Shown here: positions 20,019 through 28,278 of the stretch, piece by piece
Layout of the letters: every line of letters begins with the position of its first letter
Numbering within the stretch: position 1 is the first letter of the stretch
DNA from: Calditrichales bacterium
Lineage (GTDB): Bacteria; Calditrichota; Calditrichia; Calditrichales; J004
Direction of reading: 5' to 3'
NCBI GenBank assembly: GCA_965267575.1
Contig: OZ254086.1
Span: 2,080,001-2,144,000 of the forward strand
Length of the DNA: 64,000 nt
Position numbers and translations under genes: made by a program
The notes under the pieces: generated by a model
What the model was told of the DNA's origin: nothing
The model's input: only the letters and a program-made list of their open reading frames with translations
Database searches by the model: none

Positions 20019-21320
20019 ATGGAGAATATTCTGATTTGGGGCATCACCGTTTTTATCGCCCTGCTGATAATTTTACCTTACTGGCTGAAGAGCCTCAAAC
20101 GCCATAAAAGCGATCAGGAAAAGCATGCCGAAGCCGAGCGCCTTGGAGCTACAAAAGCGGTAGCCCAGCACCCGCAGATAAACGATATGTATTGCATTGG
20201 TTGCGGCGCCTGTGTGGATGCCTGCCCCGAGGGCGATGTACTGGGAATCGTGAGTGGCCGGGCCGCGATTATCAACGGCCTTAAGTGCGTGGGCCACGGA
20301 CTTTGCGAGGCCGCCTGTCCTGTTGGCGCAATTCATGTTGGTCTGGGCGATATGAGCAACAGGGAAGACATCCCGCAGCTGAACGAAGAATACGAAACCA
20401 ATCTGCCGAGCGTTTACATTGCCGGGGAGTTGGGCGGGCTGGCGCTTATCAAAAACGCCATTACGCAGGGCGCAAAAGTGGCCGACGCCATAAAGCAAAA
20501 AAATGACGGGGATTCCACCCAGACCTATGATGTGGCGATCGTGGGTGCCGGACCCGCCGGCCTGAGTACGGCGCTGCGCTCGCTTGAGCATAAGATGAAA
20601 ACAGTCATTATAGATCAGCAGGATGCCGGGGGCACCATACTGCAGTACCCGCGCAAAAAACTGGTTATGACACAGCCCGTGGAAATACCGCTATACGGTA
20701 AGTTAACCCGTCCGGAATACAGCAAGGAAGAGCTGCTGGAAATATGGCAGAAAATGCGCGACCAATACCGCCTCAACATTCAAAGCGGTGAAAAGCTTAT
20801 TGACCTGAGAAAAGAAGGTAAGGCGTACCTGATAAAAACGGACAAAAACCAGTATAGCGCGCAAAGTGTTGTTTTGGCCCTGGGCCGGCGTGGCACTCCG
20901 CGCAAACTGGGCGTGCCCGGTGAAGACCAGTCCAAGGTGATGTACAAGTTGATGGACGCCGAATCCTACCAAAAGCATGACATCCTGATTGTGGGTGGTG
21001 GTGACAGCGCCATTGAAGCGGCCATAGGCCTGGCGCGGCAAAAAGGCAATCGTATTACAATCTCTTACCGCAAAGAAAAATTTTTCCGCATCAAAACACG
21101 CAATGAACAACGCGTCGGAGAAATGATCGATACAGGCAAAATCAAAGCGTTGTTCAGTTCAAATGTCATATCCATCGAAAAAGGTAAAGTGATTTTGGAT
21201 ACCACGGACGGACAACAAACAATCCCGAATGATTTTGTCTTTATTTTTGCCGGCGGTGAACCGCCCTTTAAACTGCTAAAACAATTCGGTATCCGTTTTG
21301 GCGGAGAGTATAATTCCTAA
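20019..21320 (+). CDS. Membrane-anchored 4Fe-4S dicluster ferredoxin fused to a TrxR-like FAD/NAD(P)H oxidoreductase
   Basis: N-terminal TM helix; CIGCGACVDACP and CVGHGLCEAACP; GAGPAG FAD motif; GGGDSA..SYR NAD(P)H motif; GGAGGAG RBS. Confidence 0.85.
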   Translation: MENILIWGITVFIALLIILPYWLKSLKRHKSDQEKHAEAERLGATKAVAQHPQINDMYCIGCGACVDACPEGDVLGIVSGRAAIINGLKCVGHGLCEAACPVGAIHVGLGDMSNREDIPQLNEEYETNLPSVYIAGELGGLALIKNAITQGAKVADAIKQKNDGDSTQTYDVAIVGAGPAGLSTALRSLEHKMKTVIIDQQDAGGTILQYPRKKLVMTQPVEIPLYGKLTRPEYSKEELLEIWQKMRDQYRLNIQSGEKLIDLRKEGKAYLIKTDKNQYSAQSVVLALGRRGTPRKLGVPGEDQSKVMYKLMDAESYQKHDILIVGGGDSAIEAAIGLARQKGNRITISYRKEKFFRIKTRNEQRVGEMIDTGKIKALFSSNVISIEKGKVILDTTDGQQTIPNDFVFIFAGGEPPFKLLKQFGIRFGGEYNS

Positions 21321-21337
21321 CATATTGGCACTCATTT

Positions 21338-21366
21338 TTGACAATCGCTCTCTGGTCTTCTATACT
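21338..21366 (+). promoter_or_regulatory. sigma70-type promoter for the DoxX gene
   Basis: TTGACA-17 bp-TATACT. Confidence 0.65.
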
Positions 21367-21419
21367 TTAAGCTGTATCTCTTGTTTTTCTCCACAAAACC
21401 AACCAATAAAGGGGGTATT

Positions 21420-21779
21420 ATGCAGGCTCTAACCACAACAGCAGCGCGTTATATTTTTATATTGCCGTTTGCCGTATTTGGCATTTTTCATTTTATGAAT
21501 GCTTCGCAAATGGCGGGAATGGTGCCGATACCGGGCGGCGTCTTTTGGGTTTACCTTACCGGATTGGCTCATATTTTGGCGGTCATCGCTTTCCTAACCG
21601 GAAAGCAGGCCAAGCTGGCGGCACTATTACTGGCGGTGATGCTGGCTATATTTGCCTTGTCCGTCCAGCTGCCGGCTGTAATGGGCGGCAACCAGGCGGC
21701 CATGAGCGCCTTTCTTAAAGATATTGCCCTGGCCGGCGGCGCCCTGACCTGGGCGGGGAAGTTTGATACTCAATCCTAA
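21420..21779 (+). CDS. DoxX family membrane protein
   Basis: ATG 21420 after AAAGGGGG; FGIFHF, VP.P....WVYLTG, FLKDIALAGGAL. Confidence 0.8.
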   Translation: MQALTTTAARYIFILPFAVFGIFHFMNASQMAGMVPIPGGVFWVYLTGLAHILAVIAFLTGKQAKLAALLLAVMLAIFALSVQLPAVMGGNQAAMSAFLKDIALAGGALTWAGKFDTQS

Positions 21780-21806
21780 AAGAAAAACATAATTGAATTC
21801 TTTACT

Positions 21807-21842
21807 AAGCCGGATGCCTGTTTTGGTATCCGGCTTTTTTTG
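21807..21842 (+). terminator. Rho-independent terminator
   Basis: aagccggatgcc-tgtttt-ggtatccggctt followed by a T run. Confidence 0.75.
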
Positions 21843-21878
21843 TAAATTGCCCCTTCCCATAAAGCGACGGAGTGCACC

Positions 21879-23765
21879 ATGCAGTATCTTAACGCCCTGG
21901 ACTGGAGCGTCATCGTTCTTTTTTTCCTGATCATTTTCGGGATTGCCCTTTACTATACCCGCAAAGCCGGCAAGGATACGTCGCAATTTTTTCTCTCCGG
22001 CAGAAACATGCCCTGGTACATTGCCGGTACAGCGATGGTGGCCACTACATTTGCCGCCGATACGCCTCTGGCTGTGACCGAGCTGGTGGCCCGTAACGGC
22101 ATTGCCGGCAATTGGCTGTGGTGGAACATGGCCATCGGCGGGATGCTGACCGTGTTCTTTTTTGCCCGTTTGTGGCGGCGCTCCGGCGTTATGACCGACG
22201 TGGAATTTGTGGAGCTGCGCTATTCCGGTAAAGCAGCGGCCTGGCTGCGTGGTTTTCGCGCGCTTTACCTGGGTCTTTTTATGAATGCCATCGTTTTGGG
22301 CTGGGTGCACAGCGCCATGGAGAAAATTTTCCGCGTGGTGTTGCCGGAGTTTGATCCCTTTTTGCTGGTTACTATCTGCGCGCTGATCATTGCCGTTTAT
22401 GCCTCCGCATCGGGATTGCTGGGTACGGCGCGCACGGACAGTTTCCAGTTTCTGTTTGCCATGGCCGGCTGCACGATTTTGGCCGTGCTGGTTGTGCGTT
22501 TGCCGCAGGTGGGCGGCATGGCCGCAATGACCGACAAACTGGCGCCGCAGGTATTGGACTTTTTCCCGCGCATTGGCGAGCTGGATGTAAGCGGTGTGAC
22601 CGGCGGGGTGCTGGCCTTAACCATTGGCGCTTTTGTGGCCCACGTGGGATTGCAGTGGTGGTCGAGCTGGTACCCGGGCGCTGACCCCGGTGGTGGCGGC
22701 TATGTGGCACAGCGCATGATGAGCGCAAAGGATGAAAAGCACAGTCTGTTTGCCACCCTTTGGTTTACCATCGCCCACTACACGGTGCGTCCCTGGCCCT
22801 GGATTGTGGTAGCGCTGGCAGCATTGGTGATATTACCGAGGGCGCAATCGCCGGAAATATTACAGGAGCAAAATCCGGCGCTTTATAAGCTGGCCGAAAA
22901 GGCTTTTGATGACCGCTCGCTTTTGCAGTCGCCCAATACGTTGTACCAGTCAGCCGAATTCCGCGCTTTTTACGAGACCTACGAAAATACCGTTGATCCC
23001 GGGGTGATGTATCCCAAGCTGATGCTGCGCTACCTGCCGGCGGGATTGCTGGGCATGCTGATCGCGGTATTTCTGGCTGCATATATGTCAACCATCGCTT
23101 CACAGCTAAACTGGGGCACGTCCTACCTGGTGAACGATTTCTACCGCCGCTTTATAAAACGTACAGCCGACGAAAGGCATTATGTGATCGTTTCGCGCAT
23201 CGGGGTTATTTTGCTGACCATTTTTTCGCTGCTACTTACCAAATATGTTTTGACAACCATTTCCGGCGCCTGGGAATTTATCATCAACGCAAGTGCCGGC
23301 ATGGGCCTGGTGCTGATTTTGCGCTGGTACTGGTGGCGCATCAATGCCTGGTCGGAGATAAGCGCGATGCTGGCACCGCTGGCCATTTACCCCTTTGCAA
23401 CGGAGGTGATGGGGCTGCAGTCGCCGATTACGCTTTACCCCATTGTGCTGGGAACTACCATCGTCTGGCTGGCGGTAACTTACCTGACCAAACCCACGGA
23501 CGAAAGGCACCTGCTGGAATTTTTCCGTCGTACCCATCCCGGTGGCATCGGCTGGAAAGCCATTGCCGCCAAAGCGCCCGAGGTGCAGCAGGATAAAGGC
23601 CTGGGTCGGGTTTTTATAAACTGGCTGATGGGTGTGGTTGTCGTTTACAGCGCTTTGTTTGGTATCGGCTGGCTGTTGTTTGGTGAGATTGTCTTAGCGC
23701 TTGTGGCCGCGGTTGTTGCAGCGGTGGCTGTTTTTATCATATACCGGGGATTAAGAATCGTATAG
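21879..23765 (+). CDS. Sodium:solute symporter (SSS family)
   Basis: FFLSGRNMPW, ATTFAADTP, YVAQRMMSAK, AAYMSTIASQLNWG; many TM helices. Confidence 0.88.
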   Translation: MQYLNALDWSVIVLFFLIIFGIALYYTRKAGKDTSQFFLSGRNMPWYIAGTAMVATTFAADTPLAVTELVARNGIAGNWLWWNMAIGGMLTVFFFARLWRRSGVMTDVEFVELRYSGKAAAWLRGFRALYLGLFMNAIVLGWVHSAMEKIFRVVLPEFDPFLLVTICALIIAVYASASGLLGTARTDSFQFLFAMAGCTILAVLVVRLPQVGGMAAMTDKLAPQVLDFFPRIGELDVSGVTGGVLALTIGAFVAHVGLQWWSSWYPGADPGGGGYVAQRMMSAKDEKHSLFATLWFTIAHYTVRPWPWIVVALAALVILPRAQSPEILQEQNPALYKLAEKAFDDRSLLQSPNTLYQSAEFRAFYETYENTVDPGVMYPKLMLRYLPAGLLGMLIAVFLAAYMSTIASQLNWGTSYLVNDFYRRFIKRTADERHYVIVSRIGVILLTIFSLLLTKYVLTTISGAWEFIINASAGMGLVLILRWYWWRINAWSEISAMLAPLAIYPFATEVMGLQSPITLYPIVLGTTIVWLAVTYLTKPTDERHLLEFFRRTHPGGIGWKAIAAKAPEVQQDKGLGRVFINWLMGVVVVYSALFGIGWLLFGEIVLALVAAVVAAVAVFIIYRGLRIV

Positions 23766-23816
23766 TTCTTTATCTTTTTCATAATCTTAATCCTTATCAT
23801 TTGAGAGCATTTTATT

Positions 23817-24110
23817 AAGCCGATAAATCGGTTTATTACAAAGCGTTCCGGTATTGGAGGTCCACGACTGAAGTCATGGGTTAGGTTGCTGAACAAAGCC
23901 TTTCCCTGAAGATTTGAGAGAAGGGTTTGCGGCTGGTAGTTAATGCCATCCCTTCGGGATTGCCAGATTCTTTAACGTGTTTTCTGCTATAATTCTGCCA
24001 CGCCTTCGGCGTTTCATGCGGGCCGGATCACAGTTGCAAAATTTGTGTAACCCACGACTTAGTCGTGGGATGTATTGTAAACCTAAAACCTGCCGGCAAC
24101 CGATTGGTTT
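23817..24110. repeat. Composite REP-like palindrome cluster, copy A (module Y then X)
   Basis: Palindromes aagccgataaatcggttt, ccacgactgaagtcatggg, atcccttcgggat, acgccttcggcgt, cccacgacttagtcgtggg; homologous to 27098-27494. Confidence 0.75.
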
Positions 24111-24141
24111 GTAAAAGTGAGAACGCGAAAAGGTTGAAAAC

Positions 24142-24172
24142 AAAAAAGGCGCCACCTGGGCGCCTTTTTTTT
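24142..24172. terminator. Bidirectional rho-independent terminator
   Basis: aaaaaaggcgcc-acctg-ggcgcctttttttt between convergent SSS and M16 genes. Confidence 0.8.
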
Positions 24173-24186
24173 GCAGTTAACCGCGA

Positions 24187-26946
24187 TTAATCTTTTTTGC
24201 TTAGCGGCTTGCCATCTTCATCCACGCTGCCGGCGATAACCGTCAGCACTTTCTCGGGATCGATGTACTTTTTGATGGCAGTATTTACTTCATCCAGTGT
24301 TACGGCTTGCAGGTCCTTGGTGTACTGGTCCATGTAGGTCACGTCATAGCCGCGTTCTACAAAGCTGAGAATTTGCGCGGCCATGCCACGGGTGGTGGCC
24401 AGCTGCACCTTGTAGCTTCCGGAAAGGCGCGATTTCATATTATCCAGTTCTTCTTTTGTTACGCCTTCATCCACCCAGCGGGTAAACTCACGCATGGTGG
24501 AGTTGATGCCTTTATCAAGAAGCTGCGGCGAGAATGTTCCGCTGATGAACCAGTAGCCGTCGGCATAAACATCGCCGCTGTGGCCGGAGTAGATGCCATA
24601 AGTCAGGCCCTCTTCGTCACGGATGATCGACATCAGCCGGGCGGTAAAGCCACCGCCGCCCAGAACACGGTTGCCGAGCGCAAAAGCCAGGTAATCGGGA
24701 TCGGTGCGGGTAAGAGCCGTATTCTGACCGAGCATCAGCGTGGCGCTGGTTTTATCTTCCATGGTGACCACATGCATGCCGCCTTCCGTTTTTTCCAGTT
24801 CACGGGCAAATTCCGTATGTTCAACGCCGCCGGTCCAGCTGGCAAAATGGCGACGAAATGCACTGTGGATTTTTTCGGTGTCCACATCGCCGGCCGCCAC
24901 AAAGATCATCGATTCCGGACCATAGTAGGTGGCATGGAATTTTTTAAGATCATCAACGGTCACCGTCTTCAGATCTTCGATTAGTTTTGTGACTGCCACT
25001 TCGTAATTGGGATGGCCCTGGTCAAACATAATCTGTGCCATTTTCTCGCGGGCCATTGTGTTTGTGTCATCAAGCAGCTGCTTCAGATCGCCTTCGCGCT
25101 GCTTCTTGAGTTTTTCCAGTTCCTCTGCGTCAAATGCCGGGTAGCGCATCTGCTCGGCAATCAACTCAATCACTTCCGTAACATCTTCAGCAAGGCAGCG
25201 GCCCGAAAACTCCAGGTTGTGCTTGTCCACACTGAAATTGATGCTGGCGCCCATGTTTTCCAGCTTTTCGGAAAGGGCGAACTTGTCATTCTTTTGTGTG
25301 CCTTTATCCAGCATGCGTCCGGTCAGGTCGGCAATCATGCTGTTGCCGGCGGAGAATACATCACCGGCGGCCATGCTGCCCTGGAACGTAACAACATTAT
25401 CGATACCCATTGTGGCTGTAATTACATCTATGCCTTCAATGGATTTACGCGTGATGTTATCGGCAATGTTGCTTTCCGATTGCGGCATGGGTGCAGGCGC
25501 GGCATTAAGAGAACCCAACGGTTCCGTTGGCTGGCGATAGTAATGGATGCCGCTTTCTTCCTCAGAGCGCTGTTCGCTGCTGGCAACACCCTGTTCGCCG
25601 CCGGAGCTTTTCGGGATAAAATAGCCCGTGGTGCTCTGGTCTTCCAGAAGGTAGGTTTGTGCCACACGCTGAACATCAGCGGGGGTGACCTTGCGGATAT
25701 TTTCCAGATAGGTCACATAAAAAGTCCAGTCGCCCATAGCGATTGCTTCATTGAGCTGGCTGGCGATGGAGAAAGAGCCGTCACGGCCGTAAGCGGTGGA
25801 TGCGGCAATCTGGTTTTTGGCGCGCTTGACCTCGTCTTCCGTTACTCCTTCAGATTTAACCTTTTCCAGCTCGGCGAGAATGGCCTCTTCACCCTGCTCG
25901 TGCGCCGTTCCCGGCGTCAGGAAGGCATAGGCCGTAAACAGGCTCGGGTCTTTAAACTGGAAGTAACTGTTAAACGCGTTCACCGCCAGGTTTTTATCAA
26001 TCAGGCCTTTATAATAGCGGCTGTTTTTACCATCTTCCAGGATCACATCGAGCACGTCAAGCGCATAGCTGTCCTGGTGCTGTCCTTCCGGCACCTTGTA
26101 GGCGATACCCACGGCGCCAAGCTGACCGGCACGCTTTACCATCACGCGACGCGGACCTTCCTGTTCCGGTTCAACCGTATATACTTCCGGGATGGGCTCA
26201 GGGGATTTGGGGATTTCGCCATAATACTTTTTGATCAGTGCCAGCGCTTCATCGGTTTTAAAATCACCGATCACGGTAACGGTGGCATTATTAGGCCAGT
26301 AGTAAGTGTCGTAAAAATCGCGCAGCTTTTGCATGGGCACGTTTTCGATATCACTGCGCCAGCCGATGGTCGAGTGGTGATAGGGGTGGGCAACAATGGC
26401 GGCTGCGGTGATGGCCTTGCTCAAAGCAGAGTAGGGGCTGTTTTCACCGCGCTCAAATTCGTTGCGCACAACCGTCATCTCGGCTTCTTTGTCTTCCTTT
26501 TTCAAAAGCAGATTGCGCATACGGTCGGCTTCCACATCAATGGCAAGCTCCAGGTGCTCGCTGGGGATGCTTTCATAATAATTGGTACGATCCAGCCAGG
26601 TGGTGGCGTTAAGGCGCGCGCCGATGTTACCGAGAAGAGCATCGATATGGTTGCCGTTATCCTTGTTGTACTTTTCCGTGCCCTTGAACATCAGGTGTTC
26701 CAGCAGGTGTGTCGATCCGGTGGTGCCGGTAACCTCATTGCGTGAGCCGACACGGTAAGTGACCATAAAAGTGAGTACGGGCGCGCTGTGTTCTTCCATA
26801 AGCAGAACGCTTAGCCCGTTTTTGTCCAGACGGTATTCGGTAATCCCGCCCATTTCCTGCACTTTGCTGAAGCCCGATGGTATTTTGGCCGCGGCCACGG
26901 ATACTATAAAGCCCAGCGATAGCAGTACAAGCATAAAACGCTTCAT
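24187..26946 (-). CDS. M16 family Zn-peptidase (pitrilysin/PqqL-like), secreted, 919 aa
   Basis: HLLEHLMFKGT (HxxEH) and NATTWLDRTNYY; the second half is an inactive M16 domain. Start reassigned to ATG 26946 (MKRFMLVLL signal, GGAGG RBS); the ORF-track extension to 27261 runs through repeat DNA. Confidence 0.9.
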   Translation of the reverse strand: MKRFMLVLLSLGFIVSVAAAKIPSGFSKVQEMGGITEYRLDKNGLSVLLMEEHSAPVLTFMVTYRVGSRNEVTGTTGSTHLLEHLMFKGTEKYNKDNGNHIDALLGNIGARLNATTWLDRTNYYESIPSEHLELAIDVEADRMRNLLLKKEDKEAEMTVVRNEFERGENSPYSALSKAITAAAIVAHPYHHSTIGWRSDIENVPMQKLRDFYDTYYWPNNATVTVIGDFKTDEALALIKKYYGEIPKSPEPIPEVYTVEPEQEGPRRVMVKRAGQLGAVGIAYKVPEGQHQDSYALDVLDVILEDGKNSRYYKGLIDKNLAVNAFNSYFQFKDPSLFTAYAFLTPGTAHEQGEEAILAELEKVKSEGVTEDEVKRAKNQIAASTAYGRDGSFSIASQLNEAIAMGDWTFYVTYLENIRKVTPADVQRVAQTYLLEDQSTTGYFIPKSSGGEQGVASSEQRSEEESGIHYYRQPTEPLGSLNAAPAPMPQSESNIADNITRKSIEGIDVITATMGIDNVVTFQGSMAAGDVFSAGNSMIADLTGRMLDKGTQKNDKFALSEKLENMGASINFSVDKHNLEFSGRCLAEDVTEVIELIAEQMRYPAFDAEELEKLKKQREGDLKQLLDDTNTMAREKMAQIMFDQGHPNYEVAVTKLIEDLKTVTVDDLKKFHATYYGPESMIFVAAGDVDTEKIHSAFRRHFASWTGGVEHTEFARELEKTEGGMHVVTMEDKTSATLMLGQNTALTRTDPDYLAFALGNRVLGGGGFTARLMSIIRDEEGLTYGIYSGHSGDVYADGYWFISGTFSPQLLDKGINSTMREFTRWVDEGVTKEELDNMKSRLSGSYKVQLATTRGMAAQILSFVERGYDVTYMDQYTKDLQAVTLDEVNTAIKKYIDPEKVLTVIAGSVDEDGKPLSKKD

Positions 26947-27097
26947 TAAAAACCTCCGATTGAGTTGTGAATAGTGAGTTAAAGTCTGCGGACAACTTAA
27001 TTTATTTCGCAAAAAAAGAAAAATGGTTTCACAAAGGGGGAGATTGAATTGTTGAATAATTGAATTGGTGGTGGGATTGGAAAACCGGCTGTCGGCC

Positions 27098-27494
27098 AAT
27101 GCCATCCCTTCGGGACTGCCAGATTCCTTAACGTGTTTTCTGTCATAATCCTGCCACGCCTTCGGCGTTTCCTGCGGGCATATAATTACAGTGATTGCAA
27201 AATACGCGTAACCCACAACTTCAGTCGTGGGACTTACTATAAGCCTAAAACCTGTCGGCAACCGATTAGTTGGTTTACGCTAACGAATAACTTCTTTAAA
27301 AACCGATAAATCGGTTTGATGTGTTGTGCTTCCGAGATTGCAATCCCATGACTGAAGTCATGGGTTAACTCCTTTCTAATGCTGTTTGAATTCGTAAAAT
27401 GAGAATGAGTGGAATTTGGGCAAAAAGCCTTTCCCTGAAGATTTAGGGAAGTGTTTGGGATGGGTTTTAAAAGACGGGTAGCCAATACCATCCC
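27098..27494. repeat. Composite REP-like palindrome cluster, copy B (module X then Y, then the start of X)
   Basis: Direct-orientation homolog of 23817-24110 with permuted module order; includes the perfect palindrome cccatgactgaagtcatggg. Confidence 0.75.
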
Positions 27495-27760
27495 GATAAT
27501 CCCGTCGCGCCACAAGCACATTGAAGCTTTTCTTTTACAGGTGGCACAAATAAGAAAATGATAATGATTAAGAGAATGAAAAAGATCGGGTAATATGGAG
27601 GGAACTGTTTGGGACGGACTTGAGACGCCGGTATGGCGAAGCATGGTCAGGCTTAAGTGTTTAAAAATAATGCCAAACTGTTAAATGTATTAAAAAAATT
27701 AAATTATCCTTGTAATTCACCTTATTATTTTTTAAATATGGCGCCTGTGATACGAAACTG

Positions 27761-28255
27761 ATGAAGAAAATGCACCACGACAAGCCTGATAAAAAAGATC
27801 TGCAGATTATGGAGCTGTTGCAGCGCCAGGGCAGGATGAAACGCAACGAAATCGCCGAGAAGGTTGAACTTACAATCCCATCTGTAAGCGAGCGCATGCG
27901 TAAACTGGAAGAGCATGGCTACATAAGCGGTTATGTGGCTCTGCTCGACGCCCGCAAAGCCAACCTGGATATGATGGCCTTTATTTTTGTAACCACCGAT
28001 TCATCTACCCATTTTCGCGACGTGATTGATGAAGCCAATCGTTATGATGAGATCGTGGAGTGCCATGCCATTACAGGCGGCGGCTCGCACCTGCTGAAAG
28101 TACGCTGCCGCAATACCGCCCACCTTGAGCAGCTACTGGCAGCTATACAATCGTGGCAGGGCGTAAAAAACACGATGACCAACATCGTACTCTCCAGCCC
28201 CAAGGAGACAACAGCTATTCCCCTTGAACAATTACAAGAAGACGAAAACAAGTAA
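27761..28255 (+). CDS. Lrp/AsnC family transcriptional regulator
   Basis: D..DLQIMELLQRQGR...EIAEKVELT.PSVSERMRKLEEHGYI HTH; ECHAITGG RAM domain. Confidence 0.9.
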   Translation: MKKMHHDKPDKKDLQIMELLQRQGRMKRNEIAEKVELTIPSVSERMRKLEEHGYISGYVALLDARKANLDMMAFIFVTTDSSTHFRDVIDEANRYDEIVECHAITGGGSHLLKVRCRNTAHLEQLLAAIQSWQGVKNTMTNIVLSSPKETTAIPLEQLQEDENK

Positions 28256-28278
28256 TTCGAAAAAAAGGAGTAACATTT

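Noticed and set aside
21326-21343. sigma54-like TGGCAC before doxX
   Set aside because: No correctly spaced TTGC; a good sigma70 promoter overlaps it.
26947-27644. N-terminal extension of the M16 ORF and the 135-aa ORF at 27237-27644
   Set aside because: They translate palindromic repeat DNA (PTTEVVG, THDFSHG); the real start has an RBS and signal peptide at 26946.
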